Below the pieces are notes generated by a model. It was not told where the DNA came from. It made no database searches and saw nothing but the letters and a program-made list of their open reading frames with translations. A program made the translations under genes and the position numbers. Below are positions 51,704 to 61,710 of a DNA stretch of 64,000 nt, piece by piece (the first letter of the stretch is position 1; every line of letters starts with the position of its first letter). This stretch comes from Amoebophrya sp. A120 (taxonomy: Eukaryota; Protista; Dinoflagellata). Where the stretch lies: contig CAJINV010000008.1 of assembly GCA_905178155.1 (NCBI GenBank), positions 2,467,207 through 2,531,206 on the forward strand, written 5' to 3'.

Positions 51704-52894
51704 GACGACGGAGATGAAAGATTTTCGATCAATACTTCAGGCCAGATTTTGACTGACGAAGGAGAAAACGAGGGGTAATGGCAGCTTCCGTAAGTGATTT
51801 TGTCGCCGCCCGATTCCGCTGGAAGGGCGGGGCTCACTCAGCATACCATATCGTCTGACTTCTGGTGCTTGTCACTTTTTAGACCCTTGTTGGGCTGCAT
51901 TGTCACCAGGTGTTACAAGGCGCAAAAGCCCCTAAAAGAGGCAAAAGCAAATCAGAGTACTCCGACGCTGTGCACGAATCTAAGCATTCGTCGCGCATCA
52001 CAGGTAGACAGCAAGGAGCCGGAGCAAGTGGTCGCGCCACCGCATTCACTCCTTCGTCACCAAACTTGAATGGCACCCAATCGCGCGGCCTTGATGTCGC
52101 TCCAGTCATACAAAATGGACTATTTGACCATACAAGATAAGAGGAGGGCAAAGTAAACCTGTCCTCCAGGAGAAAAGCACCGAAGCGGTTTACGGCTTCA
52201 TCAACATTTCATCTATCTTGGCGTTGGCACCCGTTTTTGTATTTAGTGCTACGCATGATTTTTCTTCGTATCGTCTTCGTCCAAGTCACTTAAAAATAAA
52301 GAGTAAAAACTCGATTGCGGGAGTCGTGTCTTTTGTCTTAGCCTCGTTCTTGCGGCTATTTGCAGCCATTTGAGTATCGAGATCGACATCAACTTGTTGT
52401 ACCATAATAAAAATAAACTAGTATGTAATGCTCACTAAAATAACGGAAAACACCCCGGCCAGAAACTTTGATGTCACTGTGAACTGTGTAACAGTATGCA
52501 CATTTATAGAAAATCCTACAGCAACAACTTTTCGTGTATTTTGTACATTCGGGGCCTATTATGCAATCCTCTCTCTTTCAGGATCACGAAACGTTGATAA
52601 ACGGAAACCAAACGAAAATGTATACATACTCACATCATCATTCCTAGATACAACACTCGCGAAACGAAAAACTGCTCGCGATAAACCTATTGATTTTCTG
52701 TTGAAGAATGTTGCTTGCTTTTCACGACTGTGACCCAAAAAACTATTTGATTTTTAACGCAGCTTTTTCTCGCTGTCATCTTCATACCAGCATCGGTTGA
52801 TTTTGTGCTGCAGCATAGTACGTTTTTACTCCATCCTCCATCCTCGAGCTCAGCGTGGGCATAGAGAAGAAATCTCCGCCGTTCCAGCACCATC

Positions 52895-55800
52895 CTACCA
52901 CCGTTCCCGGTCGGCGGCGATTTCCTGTAATGCGTTCACCAGCAACTGGTGCCCTTTGTCGCTCCAAACCGCGTCCATAACGTGCACAAACGTGGTCTTT
53001 CCGTCGGTCCTATCAAATGTAAAAGTGTCTGGGTCTGGAAGATTGCCAGGTTTGTCATGCACATTTTGCATGACTCCTGATGTCTGTGATGCATGCCCTA
53101 GCATCACAGATTTTGTGAGGGTTTCCTGATGCCTATACCGCATGACAAATGCTCTTTCCGTGTAGCAAAACTTGGACTCTCGTTGCTGCTCATGCAATAC
53201 AAATTTTTTTAGAATCCAAAATCAGCATGACAAGGTGGATTCTTCCAGACCCAGACATTTTTACATTTGATAGGTCCCGTCCTGCTCCACCCACTTCGTC
53301 ACGTCGTAGTTCTCCACCCACTTATTGATGTAGAACATCTCCTATCAACTGTAAAAATGTCTGGGTCTGGAAGAATGCCAGACTTGTCATGCTGGTTTTG
53401 CATGACCGATGCGGCCTGGCATGTAGGACATAGCATGACAGATTCTGTGAGAGTGCTATCATGCCTATCCTGCATGAGAAACCGCCTCTCGATTAGGTCA
53501 AAAGTGGACAGCTTTGGGCAATCATGCAACACAGATTTTTACATAATTCAGATTTAGCATGACAAGTTGCTTTCTTCCAGACCCAGACATTTTTACACTT
53601 GATATCTCCTGCCCGGTGTATCCTGTGTCAGCAAATAACCCAGATACAACCCATAGAAGTACGGCGACATAGTTGAGTTCCGACTGTGAAGTGTGAACGG
53701 GACTTCAACTTTTGCAACAAGAATGAAGCAACTTTAGAAGCTACGCATCTTCACTGGCGTGAGTGAGACCGCAGGACTATTACCTTTGAACCAAGCGACT
53801 TTGCTTGGCTCGCGCGACTACATTACATACCTATCAAACACGCACTGTAGAGTAGTCCCATTTTGTTGATTCCAACGGCACAAAATCAAACACCAATACG
53901 AAAATGCCTCTCAGTATGCAAGGTCGCATCAACAGATTCAGACGCATCGCGAAAATGCAAAATTTTTATGCCGAGTCTCGTCTGGGTTATGGGTGCGTTT
54001 TTTCCGCAAAATACGGTATCGTGTTTCTTCTTGATCCAGTAGTTGAACCAGCCGTGGAAGCCCTCCTTCTTATCCCGCTTGCGCACAACTGTGTCCCACC
54101 CTCTTTCTCATGCATATCTTCCCAGCGACGACAACCTTTGGCAAGGGTTCTTGCATCATCGGGATTTGATGTGCTGTAGTCGCCGATGCCGGAACAGTAG
54201 GTATGAAGGTCGCGCCCGGAGGGCGATATTGGTAACCAAATGCGTGCGCGAAATTCTAACCAGCGCGAAAGCCTAACCAGCCGCGCGGCGAAAGCGCGGC
54301 CCAGCGGGCCGCGCTTTGGCGCTATTTATTTTTGATTACAGCCCCACTCCTTCTTCTGCAAGCCCCCTGCATGAGAAACTGGCCCCCTGGCCAGGAAGGT
54401 ATCTGGGTCATCGGGGGCTTCCGGATTCGCATTCAAAGCTTATGGGCCGCGGGGAAGTGGTGGAGCCCGCGGCGGCCCGCAGGCTCCTGCGATAAGCATT
54501 GAAGGCGAAATCCGGTCTGCTATTTCGCAGCGGGGCATCCTCTCTAGCCCCCTGCGTGACAAACTGGCCCCCTGGCCAGGAAGGTATGCGGAAAGCCGAA
54601 AACCCGCGAACCCTTCCGGGCAACCAAAATCGNNNNNNNNNNNNNNNNNNNNNNNNNNNNNNNNNNNNNNNNNNNNNNNNNNNNNNNNNNNNNNNNNNNN
54701 NNNNNNNNNNNNNNNNNNNNNNNNNNNNNNNNNNNNNNNNNNNNNNNNNNNNNNNNNNNNNNNNNNNNNNNNNNNNNNNNNNNNNNNNNNNNNNNNNNNN
54801 NNNNNNNNNNNNNNNNNNNNNNNNNNNNNNNNNNNNNNNNNNNNNNNNNNNNNNNNNNNNNNNNNNNNNNNNNNNNNNNNNNNNNNNNNNNNNNNNNNNN
54901 NNNNNNNNNNNNNNNNNNNNNNNNNNNNNNNNNNNNNNNNNNNNNNNNNNNNNNNNNNNNNNNNNNNNNNNNNNNNNNNNNNNNNNNNNNNNNNNNNNNN
55001 NNNNNNNNNNNNNNNNNNNNNNNNNNNNNNNNNNNNNNNNNNNNNNNNNNNNNNNNNNNNNNNNNNNNNNNNNNNNNNNNNNNNNNNNNNNNNNNNNNNN
55101 NNNNNNNNNNNNNNNNNNNNNNNNNNNNNNNNNNNNNNNNNNNNNNNNNNNNNNNNNNNNNNNNNNNNNNNNNNNNNNNNNNNNNNNNNNNNNNNNNNNN
55201 NNNNNNNNNNNNNNNNNNNNNNNNNNNNNNNNNNNNNNNNNNNNNNNNNNNNNNNNNNNNNNNNNNNNNNNNNNNNNNNNNNNNNNNNNNNNNNNNNNNN
55301 NNNNNNNNNNNNNNNNNNNNNNNNNNNNNNNNNNNNNNNNNNNNNNNNNNNNNNNNNNNNNNNNNNNNNNNNNNNNNNNNNNNNNNNNNNNNNNNNNNNN
55401 NNNNNNNNNNNNNNNNNNNNNNNNNNNNNNNNNNNNNNNNNNNNNNNNNNNNNNNNNNNNNNNNNNNNNNNNNNNNNNNNNNNNNNNNNNNNNNNNNNNN
55501 NNNNNNNNNNNNNNNNNNNNNNNNNNNGACCTTCACGCCTCCCGGCGGTTGCCCTATATGGTAACGGCAACTGCCTTCGCGCTGCGTTTGCTAAGCAATA
55601 TCGCAAGCGCGCAGAGCGCGCGCGCCGGCTTCGTGGGCCGGCGCGCGCTCTGCGCGCGCGCGCGCACGCACGCATTTGGTTACCAGATTACTACAGTCTA
55701 CTGCGCGTAAAGGTTTATTGCAATGCAAATGCCGTTTACGTTACCTTCTTTTCTGCTCCTATGAATGCCTTGCGAATGAGAGCAAGCGGCAGCGGGACGA

Positions 55801-58800
55801 GTTGTGCACTCTCATAGTTCAGAATAGACATTTTGAAGCTCTGCTTGTGCATGAGCTCGCACTGGGATAGGCAGCCGGCGACGGTGATCGCGCGAAGCAC
55901 CGAGTACATGCATGTGAAGACCACGTGCTGTAGTTGAATGTTAAGTTCCTACTACATGCTTATAAACTTTATGAACATCTTCCATATTAGTACAGCACAA
56001 GTACTAAGTACACAAAAAATTGCAAAGCGTCAACATCGATCTGTGGCTCGACCAAGACAAGCGTAGCACATAGTTTAATCTACACCGAGCTACATGGTGC
56101 AGGTACACAAAATCAAACATGCCCTGCACAGGCACGTACCTGCACTCCGTCCCTCACCAGCTCCTCAACGAGCGACTCCGGATCGTCCTGAATCGCTCGG
56201 GTCCGCATCTTATGCATTGCAAATCCAAATGTGTATGTGTCTGCTCGTAGTTTTGGAAACACATGATTAGTTGCACTGACACTGAGTACTTCTTTTAATG
56301 GTGCGCAACACAAAGCCTGTGAGTTGTTCTTTAACGCACATTGCTCAAGCGCGCGGGGGTTTCTTTGTCATGCAAAGCCGCGATTCCTCACGCACAGAGA
56401 TGTCGTGCAAGCTCAAGCATGATGATACTTACAGGCGATAGCAAAGTTACCGTGCGTCGCTGTGTACTAGTACTGCTGTCTACTACGACTACCTATCAGT
56501 TCTTATTCACAACAACACGATACGATAGCATAACAACTTTCCTGAGCGTGAGCCAGATCATCGATATAATTACTTAGTTTGCATTTGATATATGTTCCGG
56601 GCTCCCGGGACGTTGCCGCCGCAAAAGTCCCGACCGCGGACATCGATTACCAACAGCCCCGGCTCGTTCCGCTCAATCATCGCGGCCAGCTCCTCGCTAT
56701 GCACTTGAAATATAGTGTTTGGGTCTGGCACAAGAGCGCAAATTGAACTTCCCTAACGAAATCTGTGACGCTAGGGCATCCATCACAGACATCATGGGTC
56801 ATGCAAACATTTTTCCAGACCATTTCCAGACCAAGACATATTTGCAATGGATACTCGTGCGTCAACTGCTCGAAGTTGTTCTTTGTCGGGCTCCCCGGGC
56901 TGGCACCTATGCATTACAAAACGAGATCGCACTACAACTGAGTAAGCATACATTGCAAATTTCAAATTTTTCCTCATGTCGACATGCATCAACTCATCAT
57001 GCTGGTTCTGCTTTGTTTGAAAATGGACTTGTCAAGCTGTATTGCATTTCATGCTCGTACGATAACGGTTTGCACAGGATACTGGCGTCCACGAGCTGAT
57101 TGTCGTGCTCGTCATCCGGGTCCTCGTCGCGCGATCGCGGTATGCATGCCAAATACGCGCGGGTCGCGTGCATAGACCTGACGCAAGATCGCGAGCGAAA
57201 ACAAAGGACAGAGCAAAGCATTAAAATTTTCAGCACGAGCCGGTACCTGTGGTGTCGCTGTGCACTACCACCGTCCTACTCATATGCAGCTCGCTCGTTC
57301 ATTTCTCCGTGCAAAAGACGTCGTAGAGCTCTTCGCTCAGATGCCTTTTTACAGGGCGACGTAAAGGTTACAGTAGGTAGGACCAGCAGCTGCTCCTGCA
57401 GCTCCTGCATCAACATGAAAAATCTTGCCATCTTCCCGACCGAGAGGACGTATTTGCAATGGATACGTAGCTGCTTCTTCAAATTCGCCGAATGACTGGT
57501 GCCCACCAGGGGAAGAAACTGCTTATCCTTTTTTTTCTTCTTCCCACTAGTCGCTGATGACGAGGAAGAGCCCTTGGCGGTTGTACCACTTACGACCACA
57601 TTCTCTAGTACTCCCTTCTCGTGGAGCTTCATGTTGAAATTCATTTCGGTGGACAGCGTGCCCATATTTAGCACTGCCGAGGGATCCTCGGGCATCATTT
57701 GCAGCTCCACCGGACTCTGTTCCTTTTTGCCACTTCTCGAGGGCCCGGATGAAACGATCCCCCCGAGCCCGAGATCAAAGGTTACTGGCGGAACCACCTC
57801 CGAGCAAAAGAGCTCGGCGTCGGGATCGGATGGGACCAGTTCGTGCCCGTCTGCGCCAAGATCAAGAATCCCTCCGTTTGTAACAAGGCCAATCTGCTCT
57901 CCCGCTCCGAGCTGCTGGTGTGTCGCTGGTGGTGGCCCAGCACCTAGAACTCCGTTAGCACTTGAACCTCCCGCTGCTGTGCTACTGTTACCAGCAATGG
58001 GCACCAGGCCACTTTGACCATTCGCGACAATCTGGCTACCCCGCCGACTGTCCTGCGGCGAAGTGTAGTTCGAATCTTCGTTTTCTTCGGGAATTGGTGA
58101 TGTGGGACGCACCTATGGTAGTGGAAAATTCGTTCCCCTCTTCTATTCTCTCTAGTGAACGGTACTTCTAGCAGCAGAAACAGCCATCTTACTTCAGGCT
58201 GCTGAAGCTTTTGCTTCACAATCAAAAATCCACTCGTCCCAGACTGCAGTGCAGTTGAGGCTTCCGGAATTTCTCCTGTCACCGGTTTTTAAACCGGGCC
58301 AAAGGTACTTCTAAAGGTTAACACGGGAAGTATGTTCATGATCATGTTGTACTTTGGCATATTGCATGACAAATGACGGGGAGTGAGTCGGGGGCTGTGG
58401 CTGTCCACTAGCATATCATCATCATATTCTTCTGAATCCTCTTAAACTTGTTCTTCTGCTTTTTTAAATTGACTTTCTTTGGCGATTTCGATGAAGAGGA
58501 CTTGCTTCCCCCGCTGGGTGAAGTAGCGCTTGCGGCACTGCCCCCTCCCGGAGGTTGGAACATCATCGGAGTGGCTGAAGAAGCACCACCTGCTCCACCC
58601 GCGGATGCAGAGGAACCTCCGCCGGCCGTCGCCGACGCCCCGCTCGGGGAACCGGGCGCACTGCTACTCGCACTGTTCGCGTTGCTGGAGCTCGACGAGC
58701 TGGGCTTCTCCTCGAGCAGGTGGGTGGATATCGTGGAAGTATCTTCCGCGGCGGGGGAAAGGGTGCGAGCGGTTACTTCAGCCCTGTCGCCAATAGAGGA

Positions 58801-61710
58801 GGACGGCGAGCTATCTTCCTCCGGGACTACGCTCGGTATGGGATTCTCAAACGTTACATTCTCAACTGTTACATGGATTTGTCATGCAAAATTGCCATTG
58901 CCCTCCACTTGATCAAGGTGCTTAGCATGACAAATTTTCGAAAGGCTAAACAGCATGATACTCTGTGGAAAATCTGTGATGCGAAAGTTGCAACCTTGCC
59001 ACTTTCACTGTTGCTGTTCTTGCGTTACAAATCCATGTAACAGTTGAGAATGTAACATTTGAGAACGCCATACTCGGATTGCTGAAATTGTACTGCACCG
59101 TGTACTTGTACCTTTCATTTGTTCAAATCATCTTTTACACCGACAACTATGGTGTCTATTAATTTAATTTCTGTAGCACGACATTAGGTGTGGTGACCTG
59201 CTCGAACCAATAGTCTTGTTGTAGTACGAGATCGGTGTACAAATATTTTGCACGTTCACATCTCGCGATGTCGCGTATTATACCGCGCACTGCTGGTTGA
59301 TACGAAGCCTACAACAAAATCACACAGTCACCAGTACGTTTTTTCAACATGCAATCTTCGATTATCCATAGAGTTTTAGCGGCGCTCCTGCACACGACCT
59401 GGGTGCGACTCTAGCGCTAGGAGATCAGACATCAAACTAACACTAACAATTGCGTTCGCTCCTGTGACAAGCTCTTGAATCAAAGTTGTACTTTGGACTC
59501 TTCATTTTTCCCTTCTTCAAACTGCCCCGCTGCGACCTGCTCTTTCCGCCGGACGTCGCGGACCCGCCGTTGTTCCACACCTCCTCTTCCTCCTCCTCGC
59601 TGTCGCTGTTGTCGCGGCTCTGCGAAATGCTCGCGACTTGCGACTGGTGCAGCGAACGGCCCCACAGTGGCGTGTTTATCATGCTCTGCACTTCGCTCGT
59701 CATCGGGCTCATACAAGTATGAATGTTGCCCTTGCAGTATACAAAAAAAAATGAAATGTGCTCCGGGTAAGTAGTGTAATTCTCGACAACTACTCCAAGG
59801 TGTCACCTCGTTTTCATCTACCAACGTGCGAAAATTTTTGTGCTAAACACTAGAGACAACAAAAATCGGGATCATTTTTTCGGGTCGCCAAGCGAAGCGG
59901 GCCGTAGCTTCAGCGTGGCAGCAACATCGCCAAAATTGCGAATTAATAGACATCGAAACTTTAAAAACTGTCCCATACTATGCATGGAGCAAAGCACGAA
60001 GAGAGCAGCCCGCTGCGAATGCAAATGCTGTGTTCATGTAAAGCGGAAACAGGCCGCAGATTATAGTAGACCAATCAGAATGGAGGCACATGATGAGTTG
60101 GTTTCCTGCCGATATGCAATTGCACTTCCTGAAGGGAATCCCGGCGTTGATCACGCGCCCCCGCATCATCGCAGTGTCGTAGCTCGGTCTGCGCAGCACC
60201 GGCCTTCCAGTGGGGTCCAGGAAGTTCTTATCTGACCCCCCGGGCGTGGACGACACCGGGATCATCGGCTGCAGCGGGAAATTGTTCAGTCCCGGCAGCT
60301 ATAAATCGCAAATATGTCTGATGAGTGACAAACGGAGCACGTTTCTACGCAACCGCGCATGACAAGTTTATAGTGAGGCTCTGTGGTGCCTTACGCGCAT
60401 CGTGACAGCGAAGCAGTGCTATTCCGCAACATACATGACGGAGCTCAGGTTGTGCGGGCGTTCAGGATTACAAGTCTTGCAAGAAAATTTCTTCTCAAAC
60501 CCAGGTCGATATTTGCACTGGATAGCAGCGCCGCATTCTCCTGAATATGTGTGAACAGCTCCATCAAACTCATTTGCCCCAGCGCGCTGTTTTCCTTTGC
60601 GATGTCGTAAATCGAAACATTCGGACAGGAGGAGAGCAATTGGTTGATGTCTAGCCCCTCCTGCTGGGCGGCTTTGGAGGAATGCTGCCTGTTCATCCCG
60701 CCCGGACTGTCGGCTGATGCAGCTGCGATCATCTCCTCGCCGACGCCCGTGTTTTCCACGTTGATCGTCACAGTGCCCACACTTCCGGCCAGCTTACTCG
60801 GACTCAGAACCTTGGCGGCGATCGCCCCCTTTGCAGCTCGGCCTTGTTCCAGCGCACCACCAAGGGCGGGGTCCGTAGAGTCACTGACTCCCGTGTTGTC
60901 CCCGTCGGTGGACGAAGTCGAGACCTCTAGTCCGACCCCCGCAACCGCTCCCTTACTGCCCTTCTTGCCGTCGCCAGGACCACCTGATGAACCAGTCTGC
61001 TGGTGCGCAAGTAAAGCTTGTACTTCCCCTTGTTCATCGCCCTCCTCCTCATTCGTGGCAGAAATTTGCGACGCGTTGTCTTCGTCTTCAGAGCCTGCGC
61101 CACCTCCTCCCTTGATGTTCACAAGACCCGGCAACGCACTCACCGCGGGGATCATCAAGCTCAGCCGGTGTTCGTTGTGACGGATGAGTGGCACCGGGGC
61201 CGCGGCCGCAGAAGTCGCCGTGCCACTGCTCGTCGGCCCGGGCGAATTCGGGGCGTTCAAGTCGCCGGTTTCTAGAACCAAATTGTTGTTCGCCGCTGCA
61301 AAATTGATCTGGGCGCGGTCCTCATCGTCCTGCTCTTCCTCCCCCTATGCATCTTTTGCAAATATCGATCTGGGTCTGAACTAAAATGTTCGTTTGTCCC
61401 TTGCCCTCTTGCAAATAAAAAGTGGATCATAAATTCGGTCTTACCTCCATTACAACCTGGTCGTGCCAGCATCGTCCAGCACGACAAGAAAACTCGCGAA
61501 TTTCCTCCAACTAGTAAAGTTCTGGTTCTCCTTCATCACCTTGAGAAATCCAGAGGACCCAGACCACAACATATGTGCAATCCATACCTCCTCCTCCTCG
61601 TCGCTATCGGTTTCGTCGCTGTCCTCCTCCTCGGTGTCGTCCTGGGTAAAAACGTCCCTGCTCCCGCATTTGTGATGCAAATTTGCATGCCCAGAAGAGT
61701 ATGCTCTCAA
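52895..61710 (-). CDS. Highly interrupted gene: long acidic/low-complexity N-terminus plus C-terminal Cdc25/Acr2-like rhodanese domain; 5' end and some junctions uncertain
   Basis: Reassembled exons read FEQLTHEELAAMIERNEPGLLVIDVRGRDFCGGNVPGARNI-RTRAIQDDPESLVEELVRDGVQ-HVVFTCMYSVLRA (CX5R) ... EGFHGWFNYW ... WVENYDVTKWV...ERW*. Linking the 52895-54085 exons across the gap is inferred from motif order. Confidence 0.75.
53011..53272. mobile_element. 262-bp TIR introner, copy 2
   Basis: TSD GGTCC (53006-53010, 53273-53277) and TIR matching at 31 of 32. Removal gives EQDGT|DGKTTF in frame. Confidence 0.95.
53343..53604. mobile_element. 262-bp TIR introner, copy 3
   Basis: TSD TCTCC (53338-53342, 53605-53609) and the same TIR. 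Removal gives YTGQE|MFYINK in frame. Confidence 0.95.
54230..55685. mobile_element. GC-rich inverted-repeat-bounded element spanning an assembly gap
   Basis: A 19-bp inverted repeat TGGTAACCAAATGCGTGCG lies at 54230-54248 and 55667-55685. An internal direct repeat AAACTGGCCCCCTGGCCAGGAAGGTAT occurs at about 54376 and 54561. The flanks GATAT/GATTA match only partly. Confidence 0.6.
54633..55527. other. Assembly gap (895 N)
   Basis: Run of N bases. Confidence 1.
56211..56590. mobile_element. Degenerate 380-bp TAT..ATA intron
   Basis: Ends TATGCATTGCAAA/TATCAAATGCAAA match at 10 of 13, and the flanks match at 3 of 5. Removal joins PGARNI to RTRAIQ in frame. Confidence 0.75.
56698..56853. mobile_element. 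156-bp internally deleted relative of the 262-bp family
   Basis: It shares the GGGTCTGG/CCAGACC TIR cores and the interior block TGATGTCTGTGATG-ATGCCCTAGC-TCACAGATTT with copy 2, in reverse orientation. Flanks are CTCGC/CTCGT. The sense strand reads GTAT...ATAG. Confidence 0.85.
56908..57081. mobile_element. 174-bp TAT..ATA intron with canonical GT-AG reading
   Basis: The sense strand reads GTATCC...GCATAG, and removal gives LVDAS|ASPGSPTK in frame. The inverted repeat is weak. Confidence 0.6.
57141..57465. mobile_element. 325-bp TIR introner
   Basis: TIR matches at 14 of 17 (TATGCATGCCAAATACG/TATCCATTGCAAATACG), with flanks CGCGG/CGTAG. Removal gives KKQLR|SRDEDPDD in frame. Confidence 0.8.
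58837..59072. mobile_element. 236-bp TIR introner of a second family
   Basis: About 46-bp near-perfect TIR (TATGG..TTCTCAAA.GTTACATTCTCAACTGTTACATGGATTTGT) and perfect TSD CTCGG. Removal gives FSNPS|VVPEED. Confidence 0.93.
60300..60524. mobile_element. 225-bp TIR introner
   Basis: Perfect TSD GCAGC, with ends TATAAATCGCAAATAT/TATCCAGTGCAAATAT. Removal gives ENAAL|PGLNNFP in frame. Confidence 0.85.
61346..61586. mobile_element. 241-bp degenerate introner related to the 262-bp family
   Basis: It retains TCTGGGTC/GACCCAGA cores, with flanks CCCCC/CCTCC. The sense strand reads GTATGG...GCATAG, and both possible removals are in frame. Confidence 0.8.

Noticed and set aside
31953-53557. Apparent small protein family (MSGSGR.PDLSC / HDKSG.LPDPD.FT ORFs)
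   Set aside because: These are translations of the 262-bp element's inverted repeats, and stop positions differ between copies.
54440-55710. 330-411-aa ORFs
   Set aside because: They are artefacts of reading through the N gap.
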